Shown one piece after another: positions 54,743-64,000 of a stretch of 64,000 nt of DNA. Below the pieces are notes generated by a model. It saw only the letters and a list, made by a program, of their open reading frames with translations, was not told the DNA's origin and did not search any database. The translations under genes were made by a program, and so were the position numbers. Each line of letters starts with the position of its first letter. Positions within the stretch are counted from its first letter, which is position 1. Source of the DNA: Candidatus Oxydemutator sp. (GTDB taxonomy: Bacteria; Pseudomonadota; Gammaproteobacteria; Poriferisulfidales; Oxydemutatoraceae); the NCBI GenBank assembly GCA_965203445.1, contig OZ241883.1, forward strand, positions 352,001 through 416,000, given 5' to 3'.

Positions 54743-57426
54743 TAACCGTATTTGCGTCCGCGCATCTCAAAGGCCGCCTTGCCGCCTTCCAGTATCTTGG
54801 CCGCCTGCTTGCGTACTGCCGGTTTATCAATGGAACCCGCCTCCTTGACTTTCCCCTTGTCCTTTTCGCTGTGCAATACCGCGATCAATTCGGCATCACC
54901 AAAAACTGGAATATTGGCGTTGTGGGTTGCAAAAATGAACTGTCGGCCAGTCTTGAACTTTCTCAAGTCACGTACAATCCGATCGGCGATGAAGGCGTTA
55001 TCCAAGTTATCCTCCGGCTGATCAATAATCAATGGATCATCACGGTTTAATAGCAGCAGGTTCAAAATAGCAGTACATTGTTGACCAGTGGAAAGGCTGT
55101 CCAGCGGTTTATACTCCTCGCCGTCATGCGCGATATTCAATTCGATCTCAATTTTATCCTCCAATTCAATCTCTTCCAGCTCGAGTCTTTTCTTCAAATC
55201 CAGCCTTGATAATTTTTCAGCGGTACTTTTTTGCATTCCGACAGACCTGTATTCCTTCATAAAGGCCTCTACATTTCCTTTCTCTGCCCATTTTGACCAA
55301 GCCAACAGGTTCAAATCGGCTACTTCATCCAGCCATTTTATTCTGGCTTCGCCTATACCCCCAATATCGAGCAAAAAAACTTTCAGTGGTTGCAGATCGC
55401 CAAAACGTTTTACAGTAAGTCTCACTTTCCCTTTCAAGTCATTTTCATTTAAATTCTCTACGGCTTCTTGCAGAGCCCTATATCGCTCAAAGGCAGTTTG
55501 GCGATATTCTTCCATAAGATCTTCTCTTTCTTTTTTAAGAACCCCGATCAACTGCTTTTGGCGACGGTGCTCTTCTTTTTGTCTGTCTATACGTCTCAGC
55601 TCCTCGATAATGTCCGTGTATTCCTGCCCCAATTCGCTACCTGGCTTTCCTGATTGTTCCGGCAACTGGGCCTTTACCTGACGCAGATCATCTTCGATTT
55701 TCTCGACCTCGCTTTCCCATTCTTTTTCTAATGCAGCGAGTTCATTGGAAGTGTCCTCCAAGCTTTTATCCGCTTGCTCAACCATACCGTCCGTTTGTTC
55801 CTTCAGCCTCTCAAGTGCTCCTCGCATCTTTGCCAGGATAACTCTGTCGGGTAGTGCGCTGATTCTGGATTCCTGCAAGAATTCCAAGTCAAATACTTCC
55901 TCATACCTTTTCAGCCAATCCTTGACTAGCGCAACCTGCTCCTTGACACGTGCCTGGATATTTTTTTCCTTTCCGACCAGATCAACCTTTTTCAATTTCT
56001 TGCTTACACCCAGATCTTCAAAACGCTTCAATTGTTCCTGCAGCATCGGTATCCGCTGAACGGAACTATCCAGATTTTCAAACTCTTTGTCCGCCTTAAT
56101 CCATTTTTCTCTATTGTCCGCCATTCGTTTCCTGCTTTCCCGAAGACTTCCATCAAACTTATCCCTACCAGATAAAAAGCCGTTCATCAGCTCCCGCTTG
56201 GCTGTATCGTTTTCTACGATTTCCAGGATCTCATTCTGTCCCAACAATGTAACGGCAGGCAAAATTTCTTTCGAACTAAGATTAGAAACTTCGCCATTCT
56301 TGTTTTTCACGATGGCCCGTTCGCCAAAACGCCTGCTGATCGTGTAACACTGGCTCGACTGCGCCCTCGATTTGACGCTTAGGGTAATTTTTGAATCGCC
56401 CAGATTTTTTTTATAAAACTCATTGGATACCTTGCTTCCCTCCGACACGTACCGTTCCAGGACGTAGCGTATGCCTTCAATCAGAGTTGTTTTACCAGTG
56501 CCACGGCCACCGATAACGGCATTTAAATTTGGGGAGAAATAGAGTGTATTTTCCTCAAAAAATCCTTTGCCTTTGCCTTCCCATTGAATGGAACTGATAA
56601 CTGAATAAGAAGGCTCTGCAATATCATGATTCAATCGGATGCGGGATTCAGGATCGTGGAACGCCTGCCTGAAAGCCTCAAAACTGGGTTCGGTCATTTT
56701 CACTAGGCAGGATGCAGAAGTATCTGACAGTGTTTCAGGCTTATCTATATCCTTGGCATTGATAATGACGATAGGCTTTTCTCTTTTGTAATCAAGATTT
56801 TTGTTTTCTATGATTTTCCTGTATCTAGCTAAATCTTCTTTTTCCAACTGTAAGTCTTCTATACGTCCGGGAATTTGTCCGACGATTACTACTTTCTCTT
56901 TTTTCCACAAATGTACGAGGTTTCCGCCACTGCCGTCTAATCTCAATAAGCCATTCTTACCGGTCATATGTGCGGCGTACCAGAAGCCGTTTTGCTCATC
57001 TATTTTTTTAGCAATATCTTCGCAGCTTAATGAGGAAGGGTGGGTTGGTTCGCACTGAAGCTGGGCGTAGTTTGTGCCCATCAACTGGGCAAGATGCCCG
57101 TTGAGGCTATCCAAGGGAGTATCTTCAGCATAAAGACAAACCATATGAATATTCTCGGAACTGGAAATCTCAAACCCCGGAAACACGGTGAGATCTTTAT
57201 CTCGATCCCGCAAAAAGTTCCGTAGGCCTTCCGAGTCTTTAACTCCTCCGTGATCTGCAAGTCCTACAACTTTGATTTTATTCTGTTTGCATTGCCACAA
57301 TACTTCCTGGTTGTAATTTTCTGCGCTCGATTTTGGCTGTCCCCGATACTCCAGGCCGTAGGTACAGGGATTAACCTGCAATGCACACTTGTAAAAGCGT
57401 GCTCCCTGATATTCCTCGTTATTCAT
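54739..57426 (-). CDS. PHP-like domain plus SMC/ABC ATPase (TrlF/Ppl-like)
   Basis: N-terminal ADH, FPGFE, H-containing PHP-type motifs; GGRGTGKT, coiled coil, LSTGQ, IIDQPEDNLD, ATHN; ATGA overlap with mod. Confidence 0.85.
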   Translation of the reverse strand: MNNEEYQGARFYKCALQVNPCTYGLEYRGQPKSSAENYNQEVLWQCKQNKIKVVGLADHGGVKDSEGLRNFLRDRDKDLTVFPGFEISSSENIHMVCLYAEDTPLDSLNGHLAQLMGTNYAQLQCEPTHPSSLSCEDIAKKIDEQNGFWYAAHMTGKNGLLRLDGSGGNLVHLWKKEKVVIVGQIPGRIEDLQLEKEDLARYRKIIENKNLDYKREKPIVIINAKDIDKPETLSDTSASCLVKMTEPSFEAFRQAFHDPESRIRLNHDIAEPSYSVISSIQWEGKGKGFFEENTLYFSPNLNAVIGGRGTGKTTLIEGIRYVLERYVSEGSKVSNEFYKKNLGDSKITLSVKSRAQSSQCYTISRRFGERAIVKNKNGEVSNLSSKEILPAVTLLGQNEILEIVENDTAKRELMNGFLSGRDKFDGSLRESRKRMADNREKWIKADKEFENLDSSVQRIPMLQEQLKRFEDLGVSKKLKKVDLVGKEKNIQARVKEQVALVKDWLKRYEEVFDLEFLQESRISALPDRVILAKMRGALERLKEQTDGMVEQADKSLEDTSNELAALEKEWESEVEKIEDDLRQVKAQLPEQSGKPGSELGQEYTDIIEELRRIDRQKEEHRRQKQLIGVLKKEREDLMEEYRQTAFERYRALQEAVENLNENDLKGKVRLTVKRFGDLQPLKVFLLDIGGIGEARIKWLDEVADLNLLAWSKWAEKGNVEAFMKEYRSVGMQKSTAEKLSRLDLKKRLELEEIELEDKIEIELNIAHDGEEYKPLDSLSTGQQCTAILNLLLLNRDDPLIIDQPEDNLDNAFIADRIVRDLRKFKTGRQFIFATHNANIPVFGDAELIAVLHSEKDKGKVKEAGSIDKPAVRKQAAKILEGGKAAFEMRGRKYGY

Positions 57427-60011
57427 AAGTTCACCACCCGCAGGCTTTCGACGCCGCGGTCGTCTACTATTTTTACGGCTATGCGTTTGTGCTCGCCCGG
57501 CTGGAAGGGCAGCGACGTTACGCCGTGATAGTTCTTTATCAAATCCTGATCTATTTCGGCTTTCAGGCTTTTGGCGAGTTTTGACCAGCCGTCTTTGTTG
57601 CCGGCCATCGGGAAAAACACCTGTTTCGGGTACAGGCTTCGTCCGTCATAGTCGGTGTCCAGCATCCAGACGGCTATCTGGCTCTGGTCGCCGGATTCGA
57701 GTTCGCCGGTTCTGGTGTTGAAATAATCGAAGCCGCGAACCTCCACCCGCCATTGGCCTTCGTCGGCGCCTTCGCCAATCCGGTGCGCTTCCACGTCCGG
57801 CTGGCCGACGAGCCAGAAACTGTCGCTGCCGCGCTGTTTTTTGCGCAGGTCTTCGGTTTGCAGGTCGGCGTTCATCTGCACTTTCAGCAGCGTCATGCCC
57901 GGCCAGTCGGTTTCATCAACGTCTTTCGCCGCCTCGGGGTCGAACTGGAAGGCGACGAAGATGATAATCGCGGGCTTGGGGCGCAAGGTGCCGGCTTCCT
58001 CGAGGGCGCGTTCCACCTGTCGCTGTTCCAGCGGCGCGTGTTCGGGGCCGAAGCAGATGACGACGCGCCGCGGCTGGTACGCGGTCGCGGCCTTTTCCGC
58101 CACCTTGTCGGCGCCGCTGTCGTCGGGGCGGGTCTCGGCTTCGGCGTGCAGATGCTCTCCGGGAAACGGCTCCACCCGCGAGAACATGATCCGCTGGCCG
58201 CTTTTGCCGCGGATGCCGGTCTTCAGCAGTTCATTCCGCCATTCGTCCTGGCGCAGCGTCTCGCCGGAGCGGGCGATGGAGTCGGCAGTCTCTTGCTTCT
58301 CCCTCTCGGAGAGGGTTGGGGTCGGGGGCGCCTTTTCTACCATCTCTGCAATGGATTTGACCATCGGCGCCGGCACCGCTTCCACGGTGAAGGGACCGGT
58401 TACGCGGGCCTTTTTGGTGTCGCGCAGCGGCTGGTCGTAGAGGGTTTCGGTGGCCGGTGGTTCGTTATTGGCGATGCTTTTTAACGTGATATGTGGAACC
58501 GTCTTGTACTTGAAACCACTGCCCACGCCTTCGTCGGGATAAGCCAGTTGGTAGTAGTCAAATACCGCAGCTATCAACCGCTGCTTGGCAAGCGTCAGTG
58601 CCACACGGGAGGTATCGCAGGTAATCCAGCGCCGGCCCCATTGCTCGGCGACATGGGCGGTGGTGCCGCTGCCGCAGGTCGGGTCAAAGACTAAATCGCC
58701 GGGGTCAGTGGTCATCAACATGCAGCGTTGGATGACTTTATTGGAGGTCTGTACAGCATAAAGCATATCAGTCGCTCCATGCGTATCGTCCCATATGTTA
58801 TGCAGAGACTGAACGGGGAAATCATCATAGTACTGGACAAAACAAGGCAAGGCTCCTGGTGCCATAACCCTCTTTTTAGAAATTAGATTTTCCATCCCCT
58901 TCCGATGAGTGCGCCAACTTTTCTTACCACACTTGATTAGTTGTCCATCAAGTTTAAAATCGTACATACAAGTTGGCGTATAACCAGAGGAAGACAGGGC
59001 AGACGTGAAGAAAGGCCGACCATCTCGAGGCAAAAGATTAGGGTTATTCTTTTCCTCACGGGTCATCTTTCGACGTTCCCCATTATTCAACTCGACCCAT
59101 GTATATCCAGTGTTTTGTCCTATTGGCTTTTTCTCAAAAAGGTTTCTGAATTTCGCTTTCTTACCATCTTTCGCATACCAAACCAAGTAGTCGGATATTC
59201 CAGGCAGACCAGAGCTTCCAAGAGGAAGAGTTTTCTTAAAAGTAATCAAACTCACAAAATTCTCCGTCCTAAACACCTCATCCATCAGATTCCGCACCAA
59301 ATGCACGTTCTCATCCGAAATCTGCACAAAGCACGATCCGCTTTCATGCAGCAACTCCCGCGCCAGCAGCAGGCGGTCGCGCATGTAAGTCAAGTACGAA
59401 TGGATCCCCAACTCCCAGGTATCCCGGAACGCGCGGATCATCTCCGGTTCGGCGGTCAGGTCCTCGTCCTTGCCGTCCTTCACGTCGCGCTGGTTGACGA
59501 ACGGCTGAAAATTGCTGCCGTAGCGAATCCCGTAAGGCGGGTCCATATAAACGCACTGCACCTTGCCCGCCATGCCCTCTTTCTCCAGCAGCGAGTTCAT
59601 CACCAGCAGGCTGTCGCCGGCGACCAGACGATTGCTCCAGCCGTGCCGGTGCCGGTAAAACTCGACCGCCTCGCGCAGCGGCGGGTTCTGCTCGGCGGAC
59701 GAGAACAAAGGCTGCTGCGGCATGCCGCCGTTGCCGTTCGCTTTGCGCACCGCCTCGATAATCGTGCGCGCCTCGATGCGCTCGTGCACGTGCAGCGAGA
59801 CCGTCGGCACCTCGAAGGAAGTATGCTCGGCTTTGCCCGCCCATTGCAGCGCCGGATCAATGTGCTGATCGTAGGTCCAGGTCTTGTTCCGGCCCGCGTC
59901 CGCGTCCGTATCCGGCGTGACCAGTCCCACCGGCGGATTGTTGACGCGCGCCTTGTCCGCGTGGGCGTAGCTTTCTATCGGCTTTTTCCGGTTTGCCTTT
60001 TTTCTGGGCAT
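57423..60011 (-). CDS. mod: Type III R-M methyltransferase Mod subunit (m6A)
   Basis: YMDPPYG, FDPTCGSGTT, central variable region; ATG 60011. Confidence 0.93.
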   Translation of the reverse strand: MPRKKANRKKPIESYAHADKARVNNPPVGLVTPDTDADAGRNKTWTYDQHIDPALQWAGKAEHTSFEVPTVSLHVHERIEARTIIEAVRKANGNGGMPQQPLFSSAEQNPPLREAVEFYRHRHGWSNRLVAGDSLLVMNSLLEKEGMAGKVQCVYMDPPYGIRYGSNFQPFVNQRDVKDGKDEDLTAEPEMIRAFRDTWELGIHSYLTYMRDRLLLARELLHESGSCFVQISDENVHLVRNLMDEVFRTENFVSLITFKKTLPLGSSGLPGISDYLVWYAKDGKKAKFRNLFEKKPIGQNTGYTWVELNNGERRKMTREEKNNPNLLPRDGRPFFTSALSSSGYTPTCMYDFKLDGQLIKCGKKSWRTHRKGMENLISKKRVMAPGALPCFVQYYDDFPVQSLHNIWDDTHGATDMLYAVQTSNKVIQRCMLMTTDPGDLVFDPTCGSGTTAHVAEQWGRRWITCDTSRVALTLAKQRLIAAVFDYYQLAYPDEGVGSGFKYKTVPHITLKSIANNEPPATETLYDQPLRDTKKARVTGPFTVEAVPAPMVKSIAEMVEKAPPTPTLSEREKQETADSIARSGETLRQDEWRNELLKTGIRGKSGQRIMFSRVEPFPGEHLHAEAETRPDDSGADKVAEKAATAYQPRRVVICFGPEHAPLEQRQVERALEEAGTLRPKPAIIIFVAFQFDPEAAKDVDETDWPGMTLLKVQMNADLQTEDLRKKQRGSDSFWLVGQPDVEAHRIGEGADEGQWRVEVRGFDYFNTRTGELESGDQSQIAVWMLDTDYDGRSLYPKQVFFPMAGNKDGWSKLAKSLKAEIDQDLIKNYHGVTSLPFQPGEHKRIAVKIVDDRGVESLRVVNL

Positions 60012-60070
60012 CTGGCTTTTGCGGGGTTGCTGTGGCAGTTCCCCGAAGGGCGCACTCACTTATTGTAACC

Positions 60071-60165
60071 GCTATCGCGTGCCTGCATCCCACTGCCGGG
60101 GAATACCGCCCCTGCCTGGTGAGGGCGGAAAGCTATGAACCGCCGGAGCATTTTCACGTGCCGGA
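60071..60165 (+). pseudogene. Third, fragmentary copy of fic
   Basis: AIACLHPTAGEYRPCLVRAESYEPPEHFHVPE vs fic AIACLHPNAGEYRPCPVKAGDYEPPEHFHVPE (42012-42106). Confidence 0.9.
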
Positions 60166-61344
60166 ACTTGCCGGCGGCATAGCCCGCTGCATGAACTCGT
60201 CGAACAGCGGCACCGTGAACGCGGTATCGCCGTGTTTCGGACTGTAGATCATGCCTTTCGCTATGAGGCTGCCGCGACGCGGTGCGACGGCTCGAACGTC
60301 TTTGTTCATTCGAGCGGCGATTTCTCTGGATTTGTGAGGACCAGACCCTAGTTCCGCCATCGCTCTAAGGTATTCTCTCTCACGCGGAGTGCAGCGGTCG
60401 TAACGGACGCGAAAGAACCCCACGTCCAGCCGGTCCAAGGCATGGACGGTGGCGGTCTCGACGTCCGACAGCGTGATGGTTTCCCCCTTTGCGACCAGCC
60501 AGGATTGAGAACCCCACTCCTGGAGAAAATAAGGGTAGCCCTGCGTCTGCGACAGGATTTCCCGCAAAGCGGGCGCCTCAAAAGACACCCCCTCGCGTTC
60601 GGCGGGATCCTGTATCGCATAACGCGCCGCCTCGTCGTCCAGTTTTCCGATCTCTGAAAACTCGAACAATCGTTCCGCATAGGACTTGGCCTTGCCAACG
60701 TCTCTGATCAGTTGCGGCAGCCCGGCCCCGATGACGGTGACGGGCCGCTGCTTCTGCTGGCATTTGTGCAAAGCCGTAATCAATGCCTCCAACTGACTTT
60801 CCTTCACGTACTGAAGCTCGTCAATGAAAATGGCGATGGCGGTTTTTTTCTCCTTCGCCGCCTCGCCGATGGCGCAGAGTAGATCGGGCAGGTCCGTTTC
60901 GAGCTTGCCCGTGTTGGCAATGCCGGAACCACCGTCGATCTCGAGACGCACCGTTACGTCTTTGTATTTCACTCGCACACTGTTGAGGAAGTCGGCAAAA
61001 GCATGCCACGCTTTCATCACGTAGCCTCTTGCCTTCTCGTACGGATCCAGCGCGGTAAGGGTCTTGCGCAATTCCGGAACCAGCAGCGAGGGCAAAGAGT
61101 ATTTTTCCAGCATCTCCAGTTGCAGGCAGACAATACCGCGGGTTTGCGCATCTTCGGCAATGCGGTTCAGGAGCACGGTTTTACCGACACCTCGGAGCCC
61201 GATATAGAGAATACCGTTCACGTGGCGCCCGGCGAGAAGCCGCTTTGAGTTGACGATGGCGGTTTCCAGCAGCGAAGCTCGGCCCGCCAATGCAGGGGGA
61301 GTACGGCCGGCACTGGGCACATAGGGGTTTTTAACTGCATCCAT
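60154..61344 (-). CDS. AAA+ ATPase (AAA_16-like) with probable C-terminal winged helix
   Basis: NPY..AG, GLRGVGKT, IFIDELQ, GYPYFLQ; C-terminal EIAARM...RGSLIAKGMIY. Confidence 0.88.
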   Translation of the reverse strand: MDAVKNPYVPSAGRTPPALAGRASLLETAIVNSKRLLAGRHVNGILYIGLRGVGKTVLLNRIAEDAQTRGIVCLQLEMLEKYSLPSLLVPELRKTLTALDPYEKARGYVMKAWHAFADFLNSVRVKYKDVTVRLEIDGGSGIANTGKLETDLPDLLCAIGEAAKEKKTAIAIFIDELQYVKESQLEALITALHKCQQKQRPVTVIGAGLPQLIRDVGKAKSYAERLFEFSEIGKLDDEAARYAIQDPAEREGVSFEAPALREILSQTQGYPYFLQEWGSQSWLVAKGETITLSDVETATVHALDRLDVGFFRVRYDRCTPREREYLRAMAELGSGPHKSREIAARMNKDVRAVAPRRGSLIAKGMIYSPKHGDTAFTVPLFDEFMQRAMPPASSGT

Positions 61345-61710
61345 TTATAAGAATTTTACCCTGTTTTATGAGATCTTGATAAACTGGGGTAAAAATTTTA
61401 TAAATAGCTGGCGCCAAGCGCATAGGGGCTGTTGGCCACGTCCATTTATAAGAAGTTTATCCTGTTTTATGGGATTTTGATAAAATGGGGTAAAAAATTT
61501 ATAAACAGCTGGCGCCAAGCGCATAGGGGCTGTTGGCCACGTCCATTTATAAGAATTTTACCCTGCTTTATGAGATTTTGATAAAATGGGGTAAAAAATT
61601 TATAAATAGGCGGCGCCAAGCGCATAGGGGCTGTTGGCCGCGTCCATTTATAAGAAGTTTATCCTGGTTTATGGGATTTTGATAAACTGGGGTAAAAATT
61701 TTATAAATAG
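61340..61710. repeat. Four tandem 101-bp units, each a ~63-bp AT-rich imperfect palindrome; three also carry a copy of the ATPase start
   Basis: ccatttataa recurs at 61341, 61442, 61543 and 61644. Confidence 0.95.
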
Positions 61711-61727
61711 AATTATTCCGCGTTATA

Positions 61728-62795
61728 TCAGCGTGCGCCGGCGTGCACCGCGTCCACCAGCACCGCTACTTTGGCCGGGTCGGTCTGCTTGAGGACGCCG
61801 TGCCCCAGGTTGAACACGTGGCCGGGAGCGGCGCCGAACTCTTCGAGGATGCGGCGGGTCTCGGCGCGGATGACTTTTTCCGAGGCGAGCAGCGCGGTCG
61901 GGTCGAGGTTGCCCTGGAGCGCAACCGTCGCACCGACGCGGCGTCTGGCGTCGCCCAAGTGCATGCTCCAGTCGAGGCCGAGTGCGTCGCAGCCGGCGGC
62001 GGCCATGTCTTCCAGCCACGCGCCGCCGCCCTTCGTGAACAGGATGACCGGCGCGTCGCGGCGGCTTTTCAGCTTCGCAATCGCGCGGCGCGCCGGCGCC
62101 AGCGAAAAGCGCCGGTAGCGGTCGCCCGACAGCACGCCGCCCCAGGTGTCGAAAATCATCACGCAATCGGCGCCGGCTGCTATCTGCGCGTCGAGATACG
62201 CGGCCACCGATTCGGCCAGCACCTCCAGCAGCCGTTCGAGCAACGCCGGGCGGTCGAACATCATTTGTTTTATCACCCGGAAGTCGCGCGACGCGCGGCC
62301 CTCGACCATGTAGGCGGCGAGCGTCCACGGGCTGCCCGCAAAACCGATCAGCGGCACGCGCCCGGCGAGCGCGCGACGCAACAGGCGGACGGCCTCCATC
62401 ACGTAGGCCAGGTCTTCGTCGGGGGCCGGCGCGCGCAGTGCGTTTATGTGCGCCTCGTCGCGCACCGGGCGCGCGAAATACGGGCCTTCGTTTTCCCGAA
62501 AGCCCAACCCCAGCCCCATCGCATCGGGGATCGTCAGGATGTCCGAAAACACTATCGCGGCGTCGAGCGGATAGCGTTCGACGGGTTGCAGGCTGACCTC
62601 GCAGGCCAGTTCCGGCGTCTTGCACAACGTCAGAAAATCGCCGGCGCGTTCGCGCGCGCGACGGTACTCGGGCAGATAGCGCCCGGCCTGGCGCATCAAC
62701 CAGACGGGCGTGGCGTCCACCGGCTGGCGGCGCAGCGCGCGCAGCAGGCGGTCGTTGTCCGGCGGGGCGTTGTCCGGCGGGGCAGTTCCCGGCAT
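61728..62795 (-). CDS. hemE: Uroporphyrinogen decarboxylase
   Basis: [35 protein letters not shown]. Confidence 0.98.
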   Translation of the reverse strand: MPGTAPPDNAPPDNDRLLRALRRQPVDATPVWLMRQAGRYLPEYRRARERAGDFLTLCKTPELACEVSLQPVERYPLDAAIVFSDILTIPDAMGLGLGFRENEGPYFARPVRDEAHINALRAPAPDEDLAYVMEAVRLLRRALAGRVPLIGFAGSPWTLAAYMVEGRASRDFRVIKQMMFDRPALLERLLEVLAESVAAYLDAQIAAGADCVMIFDTWGGVLSGDRYRRFSLAPARRAIAKLKSRRDAPVILFTKGGGAWLEDMAAAGCDALGLDWSMHLGDARRRVGATVALQGNLDPTALLASEKVIRAETRRILEEFGAAPGHVFNLGHGVLKQTDPAKVAVLVDAVHAGAR

Positions 62796-62800
62796 ACGCT

Positions 62801-64000
<1,200 letters not shown>

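Noticed and set aside
61340-61710. CRISPR array
   Set aside because: The segments between palindromes are near-identical copies of the ATPase start rather than unique spacers, the repeat is too long, and no cas genes are present.
41067-61727. Prophage, ICE or integron
   Set aside because: No integrase, structural, relaxase or conjugation genes and no attC-like sites were recognised.

Overview
GC-rich gammaproteobacterial chromosome segment. Core genes: gmd (partial), glmS-glmU, a full atp operon, pyrF, mnmG-rsmG-parA-parB, a lipid A acyltransferase, pstS, tRNA-Ile2(CAT), rpoD, dnaG, gltB, aroB-aroK, mrcA, hemE and gltD (partial). Small inserts interrupt them: glycosyltransferase-like genes (one split at a G20 tract), a TnpB remnant, and a methylase-SNase/MjaI-type R-M islet. 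A ~20.6-kb defence island lies between convergent mrcA and hemE. It holds two IS3-remnant/antitoxin/Fic units, a type III R-M system whose mod and res genes are separated by five defence-type genes, and an AAA+-wHTH ATPase behind four 101-bp palindromic repeats. The most notable signal is a set of scars at two nested levels, where a decayed fragment of the right-flank gene is joined to a decayed fragment of the left-flank gene: res 5'/IS end/mod 3' inside the R-M locus, and hemE tail/mrcA fragment inside the island. This suggests alternative cargo alleles were stacked in tandem rather than replaced. Alignments were done by eye and family calls come from motif recognition, not database searches.
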